A DNA stretch of 64,000 nt from Bugula neritina (lineage: Eukaryota > Animalia > Bryozoa), in contig OZ037767.1 in NCBI GenBank assembly GCA_964035545.1, positions 2,181,680-2,245,679 of the forward strand, read 5' to 3'. Of the stretch, positions 50,501 through 62,800 are shown piece after piece; position 1 is the stretch's first letter; each line of letters opens with the position of its first letter. The notes beneath the pieces are model-generated. The model searched no databases, was not told where the DNA came from, and was given only the letters and a program-made list of their open reading frames with translations. Made by a program: the position numbers and the translations under genes.

Positions 50501-51409
50501 AAGTTATTAATACTAATACTAGTAGTAATACTAATAGTAATAGTTGTACTATAGTATTAGTAATAGTAATTTTTATTAGCCATTACTAATAGTAATGGTA
50601 ATACTAATTTCAATCATTTTATGCACTGCAGCAGCAGGTTCAGCATCAGCATGCTCTAAGTCTATATAGTATGAGTATACCTGGAGTTAGAGTTACTGTT
50701 ACTGTTACTGTTAGACGTTAGTTACTTATTACTATCCTCATACTCATAGTCTTGCTGATACTCATAGTGATAATCTCATATTCATATTGATATAGTCTAG
50801 TTAATTTTATGGTAATACTTATAGTGATAATAATAGTAATAGACATAGTGAAACTGGTAGTCACTACTAGTACTACTACTAGTAGTTTTACTAGTTCTAT
50901 AACTATAAGTATAACACTAACTATAACTGGATAAGTTATACTATAAGTATAAGCAGAACTTTGAGTTTAAGAATAAGCCGTAGTCTACTTCTAGGCTAGA
51001 CCAATTACTACCTTCTAGCTAGCAGCCAAGTGGCAAGTACTACTACTAGGAGTAGTACTAGTATCAAGTATATTGCTAGAATCAGAATGGGAATTGAGAA
51101 TGTTACTGAAAAGGAATCTTGTTATTAATCTGAATTTGTTTTTATTTTGTTTCGTGACAGTTAAAAGCAATGTAAAAACTGAATTTGTATTGTTTTTGGC
51201 AATCATAGTCATTTTGGTAGTTAATGTCGTAATGTAACTAATTCAAAAAGTTTCAGGCTCTGCAAGAATTTATACTCTCTGACTACAGTGCAGTTTCATT
51301 GCAATGCTCTATATGCCAATGACATGATAGTATTATTGAATCACAGCAAAATATTTTTGCAGCTGAAAAGAACCCTTTATATCTTCAAAGCCGAACTTCT
51401 AATTTCAGC

Positions 51410-54400
51410 ATGCTAAATCTTCGTCGCAGGAAGTCCTTGTCAGCAGATGAGCAAAAGAACTTAGAGTTTGTAGCCGACAAGGAGAGAGTTAAAAATGGCT
51501 CATGCTCCTTCCCAGTTAAGGTTTGCGTCATTGAAAGAAAACTGAAAACAGTCACACTTAATTGGCCTCATTTATGTCTTTGACTCTAATTATATCTATT
51601 TTTACTTTTGACCCGCAAAAGTTCACACAGCTCACAATGTCCCTCAAGTTCACTTATCTAAAAGAGAGTTGCTTCTGCTGGTAGTTAGCATTTTAAACAA
51701 GAATAGTTTATTAAAAGCCTCTTTAAGCAGTTGAAACTTTTGGTTTGAAGTTGCAAACAGTTTAAATAGATCATAAATTAAACAAAGATAGAAATTGCTG
51801 AGCTATCTGGTATCACAGGGCCTTTGCTGATCATGTCTTTTAGATAAAGTTTGTTTAAAGTCACTTTGATTAGCACACGCACACTGCAAATGCTGCTACA
51901 ATGTTATGTGTCTCTTGTAGTATTTGGGATTTCTTGAAGTATTCAAGCCTAGTGGGCGGGACATGTGTGAATTAGTTGGCAAAGTGCTAAGGGCTAAGAA
52001 GGTGAGTAGATAGTCACAATGATCTCTACATTCACTTCATCTTGCGGAGTTATAGAAAACAATGAGCTCTTTGGTTAATCTGTTGAATTTCCTGGTTACA
52101 CAGAAATAGTACCGCAGCTTAAAATGCTTCTCTTTCAACAATTGGAATTTTATCACAGTAACTTGGAGAGAGTTGGATTGAAGCAAATGTGTTTAGCTTA
52201 TCATCTCCAGCTAGTATTGTCTGCCTGTATATTTGTCAGTTGTCCTATCATTTGTTACTTGCCAAATCATTTAGGTGTCAGCTGATGGAACATTAAAAGG
52301 CTCAATTAATGTCTTAGAACTCATTGAGATAATAGAAACAGGACCCTGAAGTTGTCTTCTCTTAGGAAGAAAATTGATTTTTTTTTTTTAAGGATTTATA
52401 AAGTGTAAGGAGCTCATAATAAACAAGTCATGTTACTAGAGTAACTTCTATAATTATTCGTAGAGAGATGAGAAGTCAAAGCGCAGACTGAAACCCAGCG
52501 ATAGGAGCAGCACTGCTGTCGGTGTTATGTTCATTAATGCTGACTCACTTAGATTTGTTGCTGGCCCAAAGATGTGCAGAAAATTACCTTCGGCCTCCAA
52601 AAACAAAGTTGGTAGCATGTTTCTCGTTTAGAAATGTTTTTTTTACAAGAAAATCCTTGGATATTAAGGATATGACTTGAGATTGTCACCCCTTGCATAT
52701 TATTGCTAGTTTTTATTCACTTGTAGTTATTTACTTGTGCTACAACCCAGTATTGGATGTTCTAGGGCAGTCTGATTATCGACCAGGCTATGGACAGAAT
52801 CTTTTTCTGTTCTCCCGACAGAAACTATCAGGACGGATTTTCCTACATCAGCCGGGACTTTTCCACTGAACGCTGGTTGTGTCACTCGTTTCAGGCCGTC
52901 TACGATTCTGTGAGTTTAGACTGTGAACTTACCTGCATCCTCTACAACTGAGTGTGTACTCAGACTAACACACAATTAACTCTTTTTATGATGCCTGTGC
53001 TGTCATGGTGTTGTCTGGAGAAGTTGAACTATGCCGTGTTTTATTTGTGTACTGAAATCTTCTGCTTTTTATATTGTCACAGATATCTTATTACAAACTT
53101 CTCTGATATTCTAATTAATTTTATGTGACATTTTCATTTGTTCTCTGCAATATTTTATTGTTAATTTCCTACTATTTTATGAAATTCTCCACCAACTGCA
53201 CTGCATTCACATCATCTGTCTTTTACTCTTTCAGGGAGATAGGGTTAGCCATGCTATATGCTGTGCGTTTTCTGTCTGCTTTGAACGGAAAAAGGTGGCC
53301 GACTCCAACCGTGTTTGTGAAGCACAGTCTACAGAAGAGACATGTAAGTAAATAGTACTACGTGCTGCGTATGTATTCATGCTAATAGTTAAACAGCTCT
53401 GTGTCAAGCAGCACTGCTTCATGTGTTGCAGTGTGAGTCTACCAACAGGATGTATAGAATGTTGTAGGTCGTGGAGTTTTCCTCCCACACACCACTACAG
53501 TCAACCTCGTGCATGCAGTCTCAGATCAACTGAGCTCAGAACAAAATTTGTCATAGAGTCGACTTCACTAGGAAATGCAGCACAGAATCTTCTCCAAGCT
53601 GTACATACATCAACATTGCCTATTTTTAATGCCCAGTTTGTTGTCTTATGAGTTGTCATCACCTGATGACTTATTCCTGTGAACTTCCTGTTCAAAGGGT
53701 TTGAGGGAAGTGGATCATTCAGACGAGCCTCATTAACTGAGCGACTGGTTGACCCTCAGTCAGTGAGAGTGGTGGAACCCCCTAGTGAGACCTCCCCCTT
53801 AACCTACAGGTCCCTGGAAAGACCTAAAGCTACACGACCTCTACTAATGCAACAGGGAAGCTCTCAGGATCTCTCAAAGTTGTACGGGTGAGGGGTTGTC
53901 TGTCACTACCAGATTCTATGTTTGCTGTCAGTCTTATAGCAACCTGTGATGTCATAATTATCAATTATTTATATAGATTTAAAAATGAAAATTATAATTA
54001 TCATAAAAATAAACAGCCACTCATTATATTATATCTGTGTGCTGGACTTTACTTATTCTAGTGCATGTAATCGACTATTTATTTTATGTTTAGTTCGATA
54101 TCTCCATTCAAGAGGTCCGTGTCCTTGACCCTGAGTGAGTCAGCAGCTCGGTCAGAGAACGGCAGCATGCATTATGACTCGCTGTCTCTGGACAATGTCA
54201 CAGGAAATGCTGCCTCTACTTGTACGTAGTTCATGTTTCTCGCTACTCAATCAGCTGCTTTACGTTCACTCGGTACTTGACAATAGAAACTCCACAAATT
54301 TATCAACAGAGCTTTCAATTTTCAGTTTTAATTATTTGAAATTATATTTTCTTTGTTTAGCGTTGAACTGTTTGTATTTAGCTTATAGACACAATGATGT

Positions 54401-54719
54401 CAAAGTGAATAACTATGATTATATCTATAGGTGAGAATGCCGTAGAGGATATTTTCACTGGAGACATCATGGACATGTGTCATCAGGTGTCAACAGCTCT
54501 CTCCAACCTCAACTCCAGCCATTCTCCAGGTACCTTATGTTACTTACAGTAACTATGATGTGTAACCTATTTCGTAATATCTTCCTTTATACTGTCATTT
54601 ATCTTATGTTGTAATGCTATTGTATATGGTGTATTGGTATATTTACATTCTATATTACAGGTACTCCTGGCTTGCAATGCTATACTTCCACTGACAAGGC
54701 TGGCAAATGTTTACAATAG
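51410..54719 (+). CDS. Divergent Numb-family PTB adaptor, 9 coding exons, about 354 aa
   Basis: Exons 51410-51520, 51921-52001, 52464-52607, 52766-52909, 53235-53343, 53698-53887, 54094-54221, 54431-54529, 54661-54719. Numb-type motifs CSFPVKYLG, LIIDQ..FCSPDRN..FSYISRD..RWLCHSF, GDRVSHAICCAF..ERK, GSFRRASLTERLVDPQ, SPFKRSVSL, DMCHQVS. The terminal exon is less certain. Confidence 0.88.
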
Positions 54720-56862
54720 AAGCTTAGAAGATATCATAGATTAGCATAGAGACTTGCTGAAGGTTTATATTTTATGCTCAGTGCTGCCGGAATCTCCCTA
54801 GTCTAGCCTAGTCTAGACTAGGCTAGACTTGCTGTCACACACAACAAATACTTTTCTTACGGTGCAGCTTTTTTCACAGCAATGATACATCATTCTTTTA
54901 TCATGTTATTTATACCGATTTGGTGATATTTTAATAATTTACTTAATTTTATTATCTTTTATGGAATAATTTTCATTTGTTTTATTCTCGCCAACTTAGT
55001 ATATTTTTTGACAGTGCAGCATATCCTGTCAATTGTATTTTTACTCTTTTCACGGGTGCTGCTATAGCTATGGTGCTCATATTGCCAAACAGATACTCAG
55101 GCTATGCATATTATCTCCTCTTGACTGAATAGTCCAAATTCTCCGCCAGTATTATGCTTTTTCAACATATTTTACCTGCAAGAAATTTGCCCAATCATTT
55201 TCAATCCTACTTTTTATTGAACTTCTCAGCTAGTCATGCATGCTGTATTATATTTTGTTTTTGTTATACACATTTCTACCTGCCAAAAAGCTTTATGCAT
55301 CACATGATGTCATTTAGTACATTATTATAGTTTATAACCAAATTCTTATTTGCGGTAATAAAGCTTGTGCCTTCTAAAATGAACTTTGTTGTGTCAAATA
55401 AAACTGTTGGGAGTTGTGCTAACAGAATACTGGACTATTTGTGAGATAAAATACCTCCACTAGCACCAGCTGCATATTTACTTACGAGAATAACCTGAGA
55501 AATTTTATGAATTTGCAATATGCTGCTTCATATAACTTATTTATTCTTCATTGTAACAAAACCTTCATATGTTCTATTATGGGTAATAAAATTATACCAA
55601 ACAAATAATTGCATATAAAAAAACACTAAATACTATTGTTGAGACTTTCACATAAGAAATCCTAAATACTATAAAATACCAGAAGTAGTGTATCGGTGTT
55701 TACAGTATGTGTGCTAAGCACAGTTATTTCAAAAAACGTATTTACAAGGCACAATCACTATAACTCCCTTTACATTTAACAAGGCAAATTTAAGTAAGAT
55801 TTTGAATGTGTGAAACCTTTATCACCTACTGCTGGTAAATTAAATGCTATTACCTATTGACATGGAGGTGATGATGTCATTTCCTGCTGGTAAAATGTTA
55901 GATATGGAGGCCACTCTTGCTGGTGGTCGAGCTGAGTTTCTCTTTAGTGTATAACACTGGTTTAAACTCGGAAGGTTAGTATAGGTGTCTTGTTGTCATA
56001 GCAACAGCAGCTGGTTTTGGTGACAGCACAAGTAGTGTGACTGTGTTGGGGATAGTGATAGATGTAGTAGCAACAGTGACAGTAGCGGCGGTTTTAGTAG
56101 TAATAGTGTTATTATTTTTAGTATTGCTGGTCATGGTGAAAAATGCAAAGCTTTTACGTTGTGCTATACGTCAGCTTTCTGCAGAAAAGCTGTGCCTACA
56201 GCACAGTCCTAGCTCATAAATACAGCTATTTGACAGAAATGTGTTAGTAGACAGGTTATGTTATATAGAAAATTAAGTAAGTTTCTTTAATACTACTTTG
56301 AATAATGTTAATGTTATTTGTTATATTTTGTTGCAGCATGATTTCACCCATCACCACACTACCTCTCGTTTCAAATACTTTTCCCACCGTAAGGTCTCTG
56401 TTGAAACTTCTCTCAAATGTTGACGATATAGAATGTGATGATGGATTTCTCTGAAGATGTGTTTATGTTTTCTAATAATTAAAACCTTTGCAATCAATTC
56501 TATAATGTTTGTAATTCGTAGGTGCAATTAAATGAATGTAGCATTTAATTTTAACTTTATTAGAAAAATTGGATTCATTATTTATATTTTGTATTAAATT
56601 AGTTTGCTGCAAAATTTTGTTCAATCTATAACAACCTCATTTGCTTGACATATAATTTTTGCTTATTAATTTCTCATCAAAGTTAAATTTGTTTATATAT
56701 AGCAATAATACACAGTCTGTAACTTTGGCATTTACTGTTATGCATTGCATAGCGTAAGGCATAGCAGCAAATTGATAATTGGCATATGATTTTGCTGAGG
56801 ATGAACACCAATACAATTTTCAAGTTATTTCTTTCATTTACTTATTTTTAAAACTGCTAGCC

Positions 56863-59800
56863 ATGAAAAAATTATTTGTCACCTTTTTCTGTTGGTGGTG
56901 CTTTTTTGACCTTGGCATTAGTAACTTTAAAGGGGACTTGTCAGGTCTAAGAGAAACTTGCAAATGGCGTTCAAAACTTTTAGAGGTAAGTTTAAACAGT
57001 AACATTTTGCTTTAAGGTACATGAATTAAATAAGTATTTACAATTGAGTCATTTTATTTAAAATTTATTCATTTATGTTTTGTGAAAGATTGACAGCAAT
57101 ACTGTCCTAAGAGAGGTGACGAGGATAAACGTCAGAAACCCTAAATTTAGAATGAATCCTGAGTTGAGATTAGCTAAACTGCTGCCTTTCCAGTATTTTT
57201 CCCTCAAGGTAATGATCTACTTTTACCGTTTGTTTTTATTGAAACACTGTGGAATAAAAATCATCTATCAAAAAAATTGATTTTTTTTTTCTGTCGATGA
57301 AGTAGTAATACATTGTGTAAATGTTGCTGTTACAGAACGCCCTGGTGGGATACAGGACTATGATACAACTGAGTATTTACTGTAATGATGTTTACTCTCC
57401 TGAAGCTGGACTTTTAGTTGCGCAAAAGGATATTGCTATTTACATTCAAGTCACCAATTCTCATGTAACCCAAGAAGGGATACATGTTGGTAAGAATAAA
57501 TATTGTTTCCTGTTTATATAGCACTTTTCATGCAACTAAAATTTAATTCTTATAAAATCACTTTTTAGTATAATGCTTTGGATCAATTGGCGCTCAACAG
57601 AAAAAAAATGTAAATAGGAGAAAAATGACTCTAATTTAGTGAATGCTGGTTCCAGCAAAGCTATACATCGGTGCTATCTGATACCTAATCACTTGTGTGA
57701 TCCCAGTAGAATAATTATCTTTTCTATTATTAGATGGCATGACAACCCTTTTTATATGACGTCTTACAATAAGAAAACATACTTTTTAATTTCTGTGTAA
57801 TTTGACGTGTTGCTGTTTGGGTGATTTGATCTTTAAACAGCTGTATACTACACTGTCTAGTACAATATACAAATGTTGTCTTATTATTACATCACTTTAA
57901 AACTTTTAGGTTCAATAGAGAGCTCATTTGAGACCCACATGACGGACATTTCAGTGCTTAATGGATCCGTGAAACCATGTAAAACAGTCTGTGAACCTGT
58001 TTGGGTTGCTCCTTTACCTGTCAATGAAAAGAATCTCTTTCTTGAGATTTCTGTAGAAGAGTATCCACAGGCACTTTTCTCTACTTCGTACAGGTTTTTA
58101 CGTGCATAGTATTTGCATAAGTCATAATAATACACATATTTCTATTACCTTGCATAACTTATGTTATTCATAATTTACATTTCTATCGCTATATAACAGT
58201 AAGTTAGAACACACAGTGATTACTTTTTCATGTCTTTATATGATTCTGTTTCAGAGAGTACTTCATTCTCAACCCATTCTGTGGGAGTTTCTGTAGCTTT
58301 GGTAGTCTCGTTACATTTGATGCTGAAGTTGCTGCCGGTCTCGTCAATAAAGGTGGGAGTATTACAGCAGCACTTATATAGTCAGCTTTTTGGCATTTTA
58401 TATACTTTCAGTCATCTTCTATTTATAGTGGAAATGCATATAAAAATAATTGCTGTATATTAGAGGTTTTATTATACATAATATTGTCTATTCAACACAT
58501 TGGATGTAGAGTTATCCTCTCTCTATGTGTCACATTCTGTCTACAGACATGTATACTATATTTAGTACCACCTTCTCACCATTTCTCACCATTTCTCACC
58601 GCAACCTTCTTAAACAGTGAGGGTAATGAGATTACACACGCACATACATACACATACACACTTACTCACGCACACAGGCATGCGCATACATACACATACA
58701 CACTCACGCACACAGGCATGCGCATACACTTACTCCCGCACACAGGCATGCGCATACACTCATATTATCATAATGTTACATGTTCTATAGTATATCAAAA
58801 TAAACTTATTATCTGAAGGTTATCAAAGATTTCCCATGATATCAAGCTTTGCAGTGATGGATATTTTAACCATAGATACAGACACAGTGCTTTTCAGTGA
58901 TAATCAATGGAGCTCAGTCTATGCTATCAAAGTGAGGGGCCCAACAATTCTCTGCATTATACTTTTGTTGTCATTGATAATTTACCTAGATAATCAGAAT
59001 TACACAGTTATTAGATTTATGAAATTCAAAATACTCTGGATTAAAACTCTCTGTTTCATCTTTTCTACTTTAGTTGTTTTTAATGGTGTAGCTCAAAAGT
59101 GTATATATTTTGTTAAAGTAATTTGTTGGGTTATTCAACTTTATTCAATCTCTGCTTAAACCTGGGGTTTCCCATAAACTGTTATAGCCGTCTTTCAAAG
59201 ACATATCAGTAGAAAGGGACGTGTGCAATGACACTGGTGAACCCCCTACAGATATCATCATTCATTCAGCTGTAACAGAACATTCTAGAGTATTATTTGC
59301 TACTAACGTAAGTATAATTCTACCTCAACTCTGCACAGTGTACATGCATCTATCTGTTGGTTTGTTAAGGAGACTAAAGTAAGACCATTTTAATTAGTTC
59401 ATAGGCAGACAACCCCTTATGGTGGTTGAATAAACACATATATTATTTTACACTGCCAATTTATTGAATACTAACAGACGTTTTTCCATGTTATACTGAG
59501 TTTTTTTAACTTGAAAGTAAGAAACTTGAATCCCTATTCAGGTTGGACTGGTTGAGATGAAGATTGGTGTGGGGTACAGAGTGTCTTTTCTTGTAATATT
59601 AGAAGAATGTGTAGACAAACTCAAGGTTGATAGCAGGTACTACAACTCAGAGTCCCGCCTTTTGGTGTTTGCTAAGCACACAGTCTACTATCCGGTACAA
59701 GGTTAGTTTAGTTCATCTTATGTATTTGATTGGTTATAAGTCTTTCCGAGGTATTCAAGAATGCAGAAATCACAGTCTTGTTGTCTTACTACAGTCTTTT

Positions 59801-62800
59801 AGCGTAGCCATTGCTAGTTACAGTTTTATGCTCTATTCATTCCATGATATGTTATACATCTCCAGTTTGCTGCTACATCTCAGCTAATCCTTGTTGTGTA
59901 TTCAGCTCTCAGTAGAGATAGACTAGTCTTAGAACCTGTCAACATCAGCTTCATATGTGACCAGCAATGTGAAATAGTTGATGCTTGCTATGACGGGGTT
60001 ATCTCCACCCACATGAATGTTCTCACTAAGGAAACCAGGTTAAATGACATCATCTATAAAGTGTGGAGATACAACATTGGTAAGCTCACATATTTTACTA
60101 ATGAGATATCATCCAGGCCCTAGAGTCTGTTTCTTTTTCAATCATTTCTTTTGGCATACTATAATGCCAATTTATAGGTTTGTTTCTCACTGCATACTAA
60201 AACTTGGCTTTACGAAGCAGTAATTGCTATTCAATTTTCCAAAGGTTTTACTGAATGTAAAGAATAAGTATGTGGTAAAATGTTTGTCTATATAATAGTT
60301 GATGAGGTTGAGCCAGTCTTGCTGTTGAAATTTGAGGGATACTTGGTCAAAACTGTCCATAAGCCGCTGAGCTCGCTCTTCACAGCAGGTAGAAATGTTT
60401 GTCTCTATGAGCTTTATTACTAGTAGAAAAGAATAAACATAACTTTTTATTTGCGCTATTCTCTATTCAAATGACTATTTTTTAAACTTTTTGCCCATCA
60501 ATAGAAATAGAAGAAGAGATGAAGAGTCAGCAAACATTGGCAGGGAAGCAGAGAGGTGGTGCCATCTGTACAGATTGTTATATCAAGAAGGAGATAACTA
60601 TTGACTCGATCACTTCTCTGTCTTTTTCTAAGAATAACCTAGTACTGACTGGAAGTCATGTAATATATGGAACTTTGGGAGGACATTTTTATAGTCTAAC
60701 TGATACAAACGAGCAAGCTGATTATAGTCTGGTTGCAGCAGATCCAAAAGGACTGGTTGCTTTTTATTCTGGACAACCAACAAAGCAGGTACTGATCAAT
60801 ACAGCCGAAGTGTTAGTAAAGTTTTGTAGCGTAAATGTATTGTTAGCGATTATGTTGCGAAATGCAGCTGTTGTTAAAGCCATTATTGTTATAGAGGATG
60901 ATGTGAGTTGTGCTTGTTAGACTTACCACTTCTACAGACTATGCTGTGGATTACACTTGTTAGACTTACCACTTCTACAGACTATGCTGTGTATTACACT
61001 TGTTAGACTTACCATTTCTACAGACTATGCTGTGTATTACACTTGTTAGACTTACCATTTCTACAGACTATGCTGTGTATTACACTTGTTAGACTTACCA
61101 CTTCTACAGACTATGCTGTGTATTACACTTGTTAGACTTACCATTTCTACATATTATGCTGTGTATTACACTTGTTAGACTTACCACTTCTACAGACTAT
61201 GCTGTGTATTACACTTGTTAGACTTACCATTTCTACATATTATGCTGTGTATTACACTTGTTAGACTTACCATTTCTACATATTATGCTGTGTATTACAC
61301 TTGTTAGACTTACCACTTCTACAGACTATGCTGTGTATTACACTTGTTAGACTTACCATTTCTACATATTATGCTGTGTATTACACTTGTTAGACTTACC
61401 ATTTCTACAGACTATGCTGTGTATTACACTTGTTAGACTTACCATTTCTACAGATTATGCTGTAGATATTACACTTGTTAGACTTACCATTTCTACAGAT
61501 TATGTTGTGGATAGTAGAGAATGAAGTACTACGCCGGATTTACCCCTCCTATGGTTGGAGGAAAGTGACGAGTAAAACAAAACTAGAGTCTTATGTAGAT
61601 CTCCTAGCTGTTCACAATGTAATAAGTATGAAGTTTATACGAAGTGGACAACTTCTTGTTGTAAGTCTCTTATTTTCCATACAACTATACATGACCATGC
61701 ATTGGTTCAAAATCCCCATGTTTTGGTCTCTTTATTTTGTAAATCACAAATTGTTATGTATATGAAAGAGTCCGGTATGCATTGTACAATAAAATATTAT
61801 ATTTATGTATACATAGCCAGTCCGAGTATATCATTCTATCCTATACTGCAGTGTTTGATCGTTGGTTTACTTGATGTTTGGTAGCTGCTAGCTGAGGAGA
61901 ATGCTGCCAGACCACATGAAAGTTTGCTGAAGGTTGAAGTAAATGTTGCTGATGTTATTGATGAAGATGACACAGATAGTGACTTGTTCGACAGGTATGT
62001 ATTAGTAGTAGTGGTGGTGGTAGTAGTGGTTGTAGTGATGACAGTATTAGTGGTGGAAGTGGTGGCAGGGCGGTGGTGATATGTATGCCTGTTTCTCTCT
62101 ATTTGGCAGTCACTACTTTGTTATATGAATATTATGACAACTCTATATTGAGAGCTGTAATGTCTGAGTTTCCTTTAAACTTACAGATTGGAAACATCAA
62201 ACAACCATTCAGACTTCCATGACCACCGGTGTAACTATGAAGTACAAACATATAGTAAGGTTTTAGAAGAGCATGTAAGGGATCAGGTAGGGGCGGTAGG
62301 ACACATATCTAGTTTAGCTCTGTAACTCAATTGGGAAATGAGAGTACGTAATTTTGTGCCTTAAAATCATGGCTATGTTCTGTTTAGCCTTTCTTGTAAT
62401 GTTGAGAGAAAAAGCTTGCATATGGTTGGTTTAGGTTTAGTAGTTATAACATATCACAGATAATATATTAAGCATAATATATAATATTTCATATATTATA
62501 TATAAGATAATATATATAAGATGTTACATAGAATTTAACATCAGAGACCTTAAAATTTCTGAAGTCACACCTTCACAACGCTCCTCCGTGGAGATTTCCT
62601 CTTCTCTCCCGCGGGTCTAAAGACTCAACGCAGATACAGATGTATCAAACGCTGTAATGAATATTGTGCATAAAGTGTTATCCATAAAATGATATGATGC
62701 AAATGATGCAACAAGCTTCAATGATGTATAATTTTATTGTGCTACACCATGCAGAAATATCATTGGCGAGGACTTCCTAATTGGAGAGCTGGTGGTATTT

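Noticed and set aside
55850-56220. Thr-rich minus-strand ORF of about 52 aa and hydrophobic 60-aa plus-strand ORF
   Set aside because: Low-complexity triplet sequence with no convincing splice signals or homology.
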